Source: a virus
Direction: 5' to 3' (one strand)
Length of the DNA: 64,000 bases
IMG/VR virus record: IMGVR_UViG_3300025597_000012
In this document: piece by piece, positions 56,921 to 64,000 of the stretch
Layout of the letters: the number at the start of each line of letters is the position of its first letter
Position numbering within the stretch: the first letter of the stretch is position 1
Notes under the pieces: generated by a model
Database searches by the model: none
Seen by the model: the letters and a program-made list of their open reading frames with translations, nothing else
Told to the model about the DNA's origin: nothing
Translations under genes and position numbers: made by a program

Positions 56921-57013
56921 TTAAACCAGTTCTATATCAGACATAGCTCTCCTGATGATGGTATCTCTACCCACCTCTTTACAAATCATATTTATGGCTA
57001 TGTTCTTTCTCAT
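56921..57013 (-). CDS. Leader peptide MRKNIAINMICKEVGRDTIIRRAMSDIELV (30 aa) of tRNA array D
   Basis: ATG 11 nt from the predicted TSS. Codons AGA AAG AAC…AAT…TGT AAA…GTG…AGA…AGG AGA…GTT are read by the downstream Arg-TCT, Lys-TTT, Asn-GTT, Cys-GCA and Val-TAC tRNAs (13 of 29 codons). Three ATA codons also match tRNA-Ile(TAT). Confidence 0.55.
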   Translation of the reverse strand: MRKNIAINMICKEVGRDTIIRRAMSDIELV

Positions 57014-57030
57014 TTTAAATTTAAGTTATG

Positions 57031-57062
57031 CAAACTTACGACAAATATTTGGATTTTCCAAA
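57031..57062 (-). promoter_or_regulatory. Promoter TTTG-N20-TAAGTTTG for the array D leader
   Basis: Extended consensus copy. Confidence 0.55.
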
Positions 57063-57080
57063 TTTATTAATAGAAAATAA

Positions 57081-57281
57081 TTAAATCTTTTGTGAATATC
57101 TTTTCCAGCCTGTAACTTTATTGATAGCGTCTACTAGTTTATTGTAATCTTTACGCCAGTTTTTATAAGCTTTGGAGCGTTTATCTGATGGCTCCTTAGC
57201 GGCCTGTTCAGCTAAAAGTTCATCAGCATGACCTACGTTTACAATAATTATTTCTTTATCGTCAATCATTACTCTTTCCAT
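57081..57281 (-). CDS. Small hypothetical protein
   Basis: ORF coupled to its upstream gene. Confidence 0.4.
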   Translation of the reverse strand: MERVMIDDKEIIIVNVGHADELLAEQAAKEPSDKRSKAYKNWRKDYNKLVDAINKVTGWKRYSQKI

Positions 57282-57607
57282 TACTTTATTCTTTTAATAA
57301 GTTCACCACTAAGCTCCTCATAAATTCTTGAGAATTTTTCATAACCCATTCTTATTAAGAACATTCCGTAGTTTAAAAATATCTTTACGTGCTCATCATC
57401 TTCTTTACCATAAGCTACAATATCATTTAAATTGACTACTAATGGTTTATATGTAGTTTCTGAATCATCTTCATCTTCTTCATCTTCTTCATATTTATCA
57501 CCTTTAATCAGACGTTTAGCTATTCTTGCAGCTTTGTCTTCTTCTGATTCATTGTTCTTGTCTTTAAAGACTCTTACTTTTACAAAAAATTCTACGCGTT
57601 GTGCCAT
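57281..57607 (-). CDS. Acidic hypothetical protein
   Basis: ORF; EEDEEDEDD tract. Confidence 0.45.
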   Translation of the reverse strand: MAQRVEFFVKVRVFKDKNNESEEDKAARIAKRLIKGDKYEEDEEDEDDSETTYKPLVVNLNDIVAYGKEDDEHVKIFLNYGMFLIRMGYEKFSRIYEELSGELIKRIK

Positions 57608-57620
57608 GTTTTTTATTTTG

Positions 57621-57736
57621 CAGTATGGGAAGGATTCGAACCTTCATAGTTTAATGTATCGTTCACTAGGAATACTTAATACTTATAAACTGCCACCGAG
57701 ACTAGGTGGTGCGTCTGCCAGTTCCGCCACCGTACT
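57621..57736 (-). tRNA. Atypical 116-nt tRNA-like gene: Leu-like D-arm (TG-GCG-GAACTGGCAGA-CGC), canonical T-arm (GAAGG-TTCGAAT-CCTTC), paired acceptor, ~46-nt hairpin insertion in the variable region, non-canonical anticodon loop UAGUCUC
   Basis: Own promoter whose predicted TSS coincides with the 5' end. Confidence 0.4.
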
Positions 57737-57743
57737 ATAAGTA

Positions 57744-57774
57744 CAAAGATAGTGAAAAATTTTGAGATTACAAA
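57744..57774 (-). promoter_or_regulatory. Promoter TTTG-N19-TATCTTTG driving the atypical tRNA-like gene
   Basis: Predicted TSS falls at the tRNA-like 5' end (57736-57737). Confidence 0.5.
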
Positions 57775-57776
57775 AT

Positions 57777-58544
57777 TTATAATCGACTTCCTAGAAAAAT
57801 TAATCCTCCAAATTCCAGAGCTTTTAACAAAATATTAGGTTTTTTAACAGGAGAATAGATTACTGAATTCTGTCCCATTACGTTAATAAATTGTGAACTA
57901 TGCAATACCTGAACCTGAAATTTAGGTTTAGAGAAAGGATGGAAAAATCCTCTTTTAAGTTTTACTACTCTAATATATTGAGTATCAGCTATTGAGATAG
58001 TTCCAAGATGAAATCCTGTCTTTGTGATTACTCCTGAAAGTCTTATACCTTCCTGATATTTATCTTCAACGCTATCTAAAGTTACAGCTTTAGGAACCTT
58101 AATCATATTGTTCAGGACGTAGTTATATAAAGAGGCTGTGTCTTTATATTTACTTAATTCCTTTCTAACACTGTCTATGGTAGCTGTGTCCTTATAAGGA
58201 ATGAAGGTATTATCTATATGAGCTGAGAGTTGTGCTTCGTAGTAGAATGTGACATCCTTAATTTTCTTCTCATACTTTTTAGTCAGATTAAACTTCTGGT
58301 CAGTAAGGTCTTTAATCTCAGCTTGATTATCTGTGATAATAGAAGTCTGAGTATAAACGGTTTGTTTTAACTCATTTTTAATACTGTCTAATTTTTGGTT
58401 AGCTAAGGTCAAAGAATCCAATGCCACGTTCTGACGAGCTACTTGGGATTCGTAATTACACTTGTTAAGAAAAAGACAAAGAAATAATCCAGCTATTACT
58501 GAGAAATAAATGTAGTCTTTGAAATTAATTTTAGGGAATGTCAT
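57777..58544 (-). CDS. Membrane-anchored coiled-coil protein
   Basis: N-terminal TM helix (SVIAGLFLCLFL); ORF. Confidence 0.5.
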   Translation of the reverse strand: MTFPKINFKDYIYFSVIAGLFLCLFLNKCNYESQVARQNVALDSLTLANQKLDSIKNELKQTVYTQTSIITDNQAEIKDLTDQKFNLTKKYEKKIKDVTFYYEAQLSAHIDNTFIPYKDTATIDSVRKELSKYKDTASLYNYVLNNMIKVPKAVTLDSVEDKYQEGIRLSGVITKTGFHLGTISIADTQYIRVVKLKRGFFHPFSKPKFQVQVLHSSQFINVMGQNSVIYSPVKKPNILLKALEFGGLIFLGSRL

Positions 58545-58604
58545 GTTTTTGATTTGTTCAAATATAAGGCATTTGGATACCCAAATCCAAATCTTTTAAG
58601 TTAA

Positions 58605-59090
58605 TTAAATGTTAAGGAGTCTACAGATATAGCGGAAGGCAGATTTATCTTTACATTCTCCTTCAAAAAGTATTTTGTCACTATTATGTATTTTAAAAAT
58701 ACTTAGATATGTAGTGTCATCTTCATCTTCTTTTTGTCCATTGAAAAAATGAATAATTCTATTTTCTTTCTCCCAAAGGTATTCTCTCCAATGAATACAT
58801 CTCCATCCCTCAGCTATTATATCTTCCTTGGTAAGATAGGGTACTCTAATAAGTCCTCTTTCCAAATTGGAGGCTAAAGTTGGGCTTCCGTCTGATAAGA
58901 ATGTTTCTTTAACCCAGTTGTCCTCAAGTACCCAGTCTGCTACAGGTTGGGGATAATCCATTTTAATTAGCTGTTCCTTAGGTATATATCTAAGGAAATT
59001 TTGTTCATACTCGTACCCGTAAATAAAGTCTTCCAGTTTAGGAGTGAAATACTTACTGTCCATTGTCTTTGGTTTTATGTGAGCCGTCAC
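58605..59090 (-). CDS. Hypothetical protein
   Basis: ORF only. Confidence 0.45.
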   Translation of the reverse strand: MTAHIKPKTMDSKYFTPKLEDFIYGYEYEQNFLRYIPKEQLIKMDYPQPVADWVLEDNWVKETFLSDGSPTLASNLERGLIRVPYLTKEDIIAEGWRCIHWREYLWEKENRIIHFFNGQKEDEDDTTYLSIFKIHNSDKILFEGECKDKSAFRYICRLLNI

Positions 59091-59271
59091 AGAAGATACC
59101 GTCTTTACTTTTCCCGCAGCGGCACAGGGCTATTGTTCCGTTTTTTGAAGTATTGAAGATTCCTTGGATACCTTGATTAGGTTGTTTATCCTTAGGGTGA
59201 AGTTCAATTTCGTAGTCGGTGCATGCTATAAGAGCAGGGCCACCTTCGAGCAGTTTAATCTTTAATGCCAT
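59053..59271 (-). CDS. CDGSH iron-sulfur domain (mitoNEET-like) protein
   Basis: CRCGKSKDGIFCDGSH matches C-X-C-X2-S-X5-C-D-G-S-H. Confidence 0.65.
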   Translation of the reverse strand: MALKIKLLEGGPALIACTDYEIELHPKDKQPNQGIQGIFNTSKNGTIALCRCGKSKDGIFCDGSHKTKDNGQ

Positions 59272-59295
59272 AATATATTGGTTTTTTTAGGGGTT

Positions 59296-59544
59296 TTACT
59301 GTTTTGATGTCTTCATTGATTGATTATAAGAAGGGCCAAAAAAGGAGAAGCTTGGCTTAATGTAGGAGGAGCCTTTAACGGCGTTGCCTTCCTTCTCGAT
59401 AAACTCAACAGCTTGTCTGGCCTCTTCGTTATCCCTAGAGTCAACTACAGGGATATTAAAAGTCTCACCTTTGGTATTGGTTACCTTCAGTTGGTAGGAG
59501 CGTTCTCCGGGCGTTGTAATCTTTTCGATTTTCGTCTTATTCAT
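59296..59544 (-). CDS. Hypothetical protein
   Basis: ORF only. Confidence 0.4.
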   Translation of the reverse strand: MNKTKIEKITTPGERSYQLKVTNTKGETFNIPVVDSRDNEEARQAVEFIEKEGNAVKGSSYIKPSFSFFGPSYNQSMKTSKQ

Positions 59545-59884
59545 TTTCAGGCGTTTTAACGGGGTTAATTGAATCTGGTGTCTCGGTCTGGGGTTCTTGG
59601 GTAGTGTCGGTTAAATCGACCGTAATAGCTTCAGGGATGGTCATAGAGGCTAACTGTTCAGGAGTAATCCTAGATAAAGGGAAAACTCCATTAGGAGTAT
59701 GAACGAATATATGGTTCTCTAGGATGGCATCCTCTATATGTAATCTGCGGCATACCTGTACATAATCTATAAAGGCTTTATAGTCGGAAGTGTACTGGAT
59801 TGTATAGGTCTTGTCAATTACACCACCTGCCTGCCCAACACTATAAGCAAATCCGGGTATTAGTTTGTCTGTAATCATAACCAC
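59537..59884 (-). CDS. Hypothetical protein (first gene of the leftward transcription unit)
   Basis: ORF; candidate promoter …TAAATTTG… about 20-35 nt upstream at 59905-59945. Confidence 0.45.
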   Translation of the reverse strand: MVMITDKLIPGFAYSVGQAGGVIDKTYTIQYTSDYKAFIDYVQVCRRLHIEDAILENHIFVHTPNGVFPLSRITPEQLASMTIPEAITVDLTDTTQEPQTETPDSINPVKTPENE

Positions 59885-60433
59885 AAAGGTAGTGTTTTTC
59901 TCTCACTTAACCAAATTTAATTTGTTAAAATAGGCCCCCGGTATTTAACATTTGAAAAAGATACCCCCGTACTTACCTAAAGGGGAAATAAGGGGAGGCT
60001 CTCACTCTTAGGAACCCGGTTATAACTCCTCCCCCGCGTTCCCTTAGTCCGTGACCTATCCCCCTGCTTAAAGCCGTAACGAATTGAGAACCAGCGACTT
60101 ACAACTATTTTCAAAGTTTTTGCCCTGAATAGTTGGAAACGGTCAGCAGGATGACCTACTTTTGTCTGGTAATCCTACCACACAGCCCAAAGGGGCAAAG
60201 CAAAGTAAGGCAAGCCGCAAGGCCATCCCTGAACTGTTCGTGGCGTGATTACCCTGCATATAAACTATAGGCAAACTTTGCCTACAGTCCAAAGTATGGA
60301 ATGTCGGAATAACTGATGTTTATTGGTGTCTATGTAGCATCCAACTCAGGTGTTAGTCTACATAGGATTAAACAGTAGGCCAGTTGACCAGTCGGGGTAT
60401 TTTTATACCTAACTGCAAACCATTGGTTAATCC

Positions 60434-60457
60434 AAAAAACCCGTCCTTTACGCGGGC
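60434..60457 (-). terminator. Possible minus-strand terminator inside the GC-rich region
   Basis: CCCGC-GUAAAGGA-CGGG then U6. Confidence 0.3.
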
Positions 60458-61397
60458 TTGCTAAAAACAGGCTCTTAAATTGGACTCCCTAAGGGGATAT
60501 GCTTATACGATTGTGTCTGCTCATGCAGGTACATCGGTCAAGGGCAAAGTGTTACCGTCATCAGAATACAGGAACAAACCTGTATACGGTAGGGGTATAT
60601 CCCAACGCAGCCGGCTTGGTACGGACTTGGCAAGTCCAAACCATGACAATACTCGGTCAAACAACCCTGCTGTCCTAAATGGGCATCATATAGGCAGGGA
60701 CTGCGAAGCAACGTAGTGGACAACTCCCTGCTTAGGGTAGGGGTATATAGTGTCCGGTGCGTAGTGTAAAGGTGGCTATTGTTACCTGAAAGCGTAACGA
60801 AAGGAATAAACTGCAAAGTTTTTGAGGCTCGTCATGTACTAACGGGCTATTTTGCGTGTAGAATAATATTCAACCACGTTTCTGAATAGTACAAAGTAAG
60901 GTAAGCTACCTGCGAAAACGGTCTAAACGGGCTAATTGCACCCGCAAGGATTAGACTAAACTCACAATTATTTCTATAATTGAGTATAAAGCGGAAGCAC
61001 TCTTGTCATTTAGTGACAGGACTAATCTGCAAGTAAGGTATGAGGGTGGCCGCAAGGTTGCACCCTCATGTCGGGGTCAAATCCGGCGGAAGGCTCATAA
61101 CTTTCCGCCTTACCACATTTGGACACGGACGGATAACACAATAGGGGATGGGGCACGTCAAAGCACTACTAATGTAGGCGAGCACGGCACTCATTCCCTT
61201 GTTGTGTTAAAGTTGTGTTACATTTTACGTTATGTAAAGCCAGCAGTGTGCCGCGAGGTTCTTTTGCTGGCTCAATGTACTGAAAGAGAACCGTTTGCGG
61301 GTTGTTCCGTATGGGTCGGTATGTCCATATCTTTTGCTCGTAAATTGTTGATTTTCAATGTTTCAAAGGCTCTCATTAGTTATTACTGGGTCTTTAT

Positions 61398-61436
61398 GGG
61401 GGGTGTGTCGGTACTGTCCTGCACACCCCTTTTCTA
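61398..61436 (+). terminator. Plus-strand intrinsic terminator (GGGGUGUG…CACACCCC then UUUUC)
   Basis: 8-bp GC-rich stem plus T-run ending the ORF-poor region. Confidence 0.55.
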
Positions 61437-61474
61437 TTAGGATTATCGTGCCTCTTATGGCATAATGATACAAT

Positions 61475-61669
61475 ATGGCTGAACTTACTCTTGCACAGTT
61501 GGTTGAAAGGTGTTATGCCTCTAATACCGAACTGAAACCTCACGTTAAAAGTACGTGGCGTAGTCCTGAACCGTGTGAATTCGGGTGGCATATTGAAGAG
61601 GCTACCTGTAATGACGGCAGCGTATGGGAGTGGATACCGGAAGACCATATCTGGGAACTTAAAAGATAA
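61475..61669 (+). CDS. Small hypothetical protein (GC-rich rightward operon)
   Basis: First of five tightly spaced plus-strand ORFs with ~48% GC codon usage. Confidence 0.4.
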   Translation: MAELTLAQLVERCYASNTELKPHVKSTWRSPEPCEFGWHIEEATCNDGSVWEWIPEDHIWELKR

Positions 61670-61671
61670 GT

Positions 61672-61920
61672 ATGCCTTTACCTAATGACCTTCACCCTAT
61701 CCTTAGGACTTGTTGGCTTGAGGATATTGTGCCTGTTTGTAAAAAAGTGTGGCAAAGTGAAGGTACACAAAGATGGCACAATAAGACAGATGCCAAAGAT
61801 GTAATATCTAAGGCATTACAAGCCATGTATCCATATAAAATTAGCAATCTGGAGATAAACTTTGTTTACTTTCAGGCTATGCAGTATGTGGATGACCTTG
61901 AGAAATCATTAAATTCCTAA
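61672..61920 (+). CDS. Small hypothetical protein
   Basis: Operon member. Confidence 0.4.
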   Translation: MPLPNDLHPILRTCWLEDIVPVCKKVWQSEGTQRWHNKTDAKDVISKALQAMYPYKISNLEINFVYFQAMQYVDDLEKSLNS

Positions 61921-61987
61921 TATGCACAAAGCAATTCGGATTTTTATCCATGCCATGTTTGGCATTTTCTTCTAAACCAATACATCT

Positions 61988-62257
61988 ATGCGTATCCAAT
62001 TTGGATGCACTCAAACTGTCTTGGATAATACAGGACGGCTTGTGTGCTATCGTGGCTCTTTACCTGTTCATAAGGGTTTGGCACATAGTAATCCTGCTAT
62101 TAAATTGATTAAGGGCAAGGCATTCTATATGCCTGAGAGTCAGGACTTTGAAGAGTTATGGAGATTATTGGATGATATGAGGATAGTTAACCACAAGTTT
62201 AAGATAAAAGAACTGAACCAGCGCATTAAACAAATTAAAAAGAAATCAACGTGGTAA
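61988..62257 (+). CDS. Small hypothetical protein with basic C-terminus
   Basis: Operon member. Confidence 0.4.
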   Translation: MRIQFGCTQTVLDNTGRLVCYRGSLPVHKGLAHSNPAIKLIKGKAFYMPESQDFEELWRLLDDMRIVNHKFKIKELNQRIKQIKKKSTW

Positions 62258-62340
62258 ACACAATCATTCACATCTGTGAGGCGGGGACTATTCATGTCCT
62301 TACCGCTTCGGGGCTTGCTCGTAAATAATAGGCTCAATAT

Positions 62341-62730
62341 ATGCACGTTAGAATCCATTGGAAAGTGGATAGTTCGGGCGTGGCTAAAAAGGATGAAAAA
62401 TCTTTATCCTTCAAGCACAGGCTCGGAACTAAACCGCTATCCTTGAATCAAAGCGTGGAGTTTACGTTAGACGGCAAGATTAACAAGACGTGGAAACGTA
62501 ACTTCACTAAGAAAATCAACGCACAGTTCCGGCGCAATTCTACTGCTGTCTTATTCATTGACGGTAAACGGATTGAGCACGGGACAGGACTGCGTGATGC
62601 AGGTTCTTTTGCCAACGAGATTGCCAACATTTTGTTGGAACTCCGGCATACCCACAAAGAAACTTTTGATGCAGTTTCCAACCGTAAAGGTAAGGAGATT
62701 GCAGGGAGTATAGCTAACGCACTGGCTTAG
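62341..62730 (+). CDS. Hypothetical basic protein, 129 aa
   Basis: Operon member. Confidence 0.45.
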   Translation: MHVRIHWKVDSSGVAKKDEKSLSFKHRLGTKPLSLNQSVEFTLDGKINKTWKRNFTKKINAQFRRNSTAVLFIDGKRIEHGTGLRDAGSFANEIANILLELRHTHKETFDAVSNRKGKEIAGSIANALA

Positions 62731-62763
62731 TAGTGCTATTTTAAACGCATAAAACAAAAACAA

Positions 62764-63351
62764 ATGCGTACAACTAACAAAGTAAGCGTGAGATTCTCAC
62801 AGGACTTGTCTTATGTCGGGCCTTCCCGCAAAGGCAAGGACGGCGTAGTCAAACCGGGCAGGCTCATTACTTTCGGTAATGAGATGGTATTCTCGGATGA
62901 GACTGAAGAGGAAGTAACAGCCGAAAACGTAGGTTCGTGGGCTGTGGCTAAAGTCGGCCACGCCTTGAAACTGATGCGTTTGCAGGGCAAAACCGGTTTC
63001 AAAATCAGCAAGCCTATCGTGATGGAAGTAACCATCAACGGTAAGCGTGTTGAATTGAGTTACTGGAAAATGTCACTGAACCTTGACCGTATTGAGCGTA
63101 TCATGGGTAAATCACCCGAATTGCTCGCGTATGCCTTTACCGGCTACAAACACAACGTGTCAAAGTCAACTGCAAAAGACGGTTTCGCGTTCCTCGCCAA
63201 TGCTGCAAGTGGTAAAACACTGCTGGCTCCCGCTGTTACCAACAACCCGCTGCTGCCCGCTGTCAACACAGAAGGACTGGAAGAACTGGAAGTTGAGGAA
63301 ACTCAACCCGTAGTTACTGACAACCTGCCTGTGGATGAAGAAGCAAAGTAA
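62764..63351 (+). CDS. Hypothetical protein, 195 aa, acidic C-terminal tail
   Basis: Operon member; followed by a terminator-like hairpin. Confidence 0.5.
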   Translation: MRTTNKVSVRFSQDLSYVGPSRKGKDGVVKPGRLITFGNEMVFSDETEEEVTAENVGSWAVAKVGHALKLMRLQGKTGFKISKPIVMEVTINGKRVELSYWKMSLNLDRIERIMGKSPELLAYAFTGYKHNVSKSTAKDGFAFLANAASGKTLLAPAVTNNPLLPAVNTEGLEELEVEETQPVVTDNLPVDEEAK

Positions 63352-63613
63352 GCGGTACCGGCCGGAACGAATACCGTGCCTATTGTAAGGTAGGTTAGCC
63401 CTTAGTAGGTGCTAAGTATATCGTTCCCGCTGCCTGTATGTTTATCCGGAAACTAAAACACCGGAAACGATCAAAAATCCTTGTACCTCCCGTAATTATG
63501 CGGCAGGTAGGGTGTGCTGTAGCTGCCAACTGTAATCAGTAAGACGGCAAGCATTATGTATAATCAGCAGGAGGGTGGTAGCAAAAATGGGTAGCCAACC
63601 CATGATACCTAAA

Positions 63614-63651
63614 CAGTCGTTAAGTGTGCCTGTCCCGACTGCTGATTTTTT
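63614..63651 (+). terminator. Weak terminator candidate (CAGUCG…CGACUG then U6)
   Basis: Stem with a long loop plus T-run. Confidence 0.3.
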
Positions 63652-64000
63652 AACAAAAGATTATTCTTATTTAGTCTTATATCTTAGGCAACGACTATAA
63701 CAAGTAATAAGGAATCAGTCACCTCAGATAATATCTCCTATGATATAGACTAATGAGTATATAAAGAATACCTCGCGTCTGTAATCTATCCACTAACTGT
63801 CGTAAAGTGGGCACCTGTATGTTAGCCTGACGAATGGCATACAGAAAGCTACCTATGTGTGCTCGTTGGCACATCAATGTTAAGGGGACAGGGTTATGGA
63901 CGCGAGGTATTTTTTTTGCTATGGGTGTTACTCGTAGTGGTTCAACTCCACTAAGCAAAGCATGAAGCACATCCTCGCCTTTCACTACAAGGCAAATGAA

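Larger units (their letters stand above)
59900..61440 (+). ncRNA. GC-rich (~47% GC), ORF-poor, hairpin-dense 1.5-kb region; candidate large structured ncRNA or cis-acting element
   Basis: No credible ORF on either strand. Several helices capped by GCAA loops (CC-GCAA-GG three times). Long stems TGAGGGTG…CACCCTCA and GGCGGAA…TTCCGCC. Bounded at the 3' end by a plus-strand terminator. Confidence 0.3.

Noticed and set aside
60480-61440. ORFs 60480-60716(+), 60538-60816(-), 61003-61440(+) and 61394-61648(-)
   Set aside because: Overlapping, composition-driven frames inside the hairpin-dense non-coding region. 61003-61440 ends inside the terminator stem.
1-64000. CRISPR array, integrase/attachment site, or alternative genetic code (stop-codon reassignment with suppressor tRNA)
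   Set aside because: No regularly spaced direct repeats. No integrase-like ORF. The multi-kb ORFs are intact under the standard code, and no tRNA with anticodon CTA, TCA or TTA was found.

Overview
About 59.9 kb of this window is the AT-rich (~32% GC) late/structural half of a large tailed phage, with every gene on the minus strand. The host is probably a Bacteroidota bacterium, because the repeated promoters follow the TTTG-N19-21-TAnnTTTG pattern typical of that phylum. Reading leftwards (decreasing coordinates), the genes are: five small ORFs including a CDGSH Fe-S protein; four tRNA arrays (at least 24 tRNAs covering all 20 amino acids) interleaved with an HNH endonuclease, two glycosyltransferase-like genes, an Ig-like protein, a beta-helix tailspike and a ferritin; small ORFs including an SPFH protein; large terminase; portal; a scaffold-like acidic protein; capsid-region proteins; a holin/M15 endolysin cassette; a family of Cys-rich collagen-like (Gly-X-Y) fibre proteins; an HTH protein; a metallophosphoesterase; endonuclease VII; and very large tail/virion proteins (1652 aa, a 424-aa M15-peptidase protein, 695 aa, 876 aa, and a 3959-aa giant with a zincin HExxH motif). 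A third collagen-like gene runs off the left edge of the window. At ~59.9 kb the sequence switches abruptly to ~45-50% GC and to plus-strand transcription. It begins with a ~1.5 kb ORF-poor, hairpin-dense region with GNRA-type loops and ends with a five-gene small-ORF operon with its own terminator. The most striking feature is a repeated module upstream of three tRNA arrays: an extended Bacteroidota-type promoter, then a 22-30 codon leader ORF, then a strong intrinsic terminator abutting the first tRNA. In each case the leader peptide is built largely from codons read by the tRNAs of the array that follows (MKQFQHTRFWFTPT... precedes the Pro/Thr/Phe/Gln/His/Arg/Trp array; ...YYSLSLSS... precedes the Tyr/Ser/Ser/Leu/Leu array; MRKN...CK.V.R..RR...V precedes the Lys/Cys/Val/Arg/Asn array). 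This looks like ribosome-mediated attenuation that couples tRNA-array transcription to the availability of its own tRNAs. All calls were made by eye from the sequence and the ORF track, and coordinates of RNA features are approximate to a few nt.
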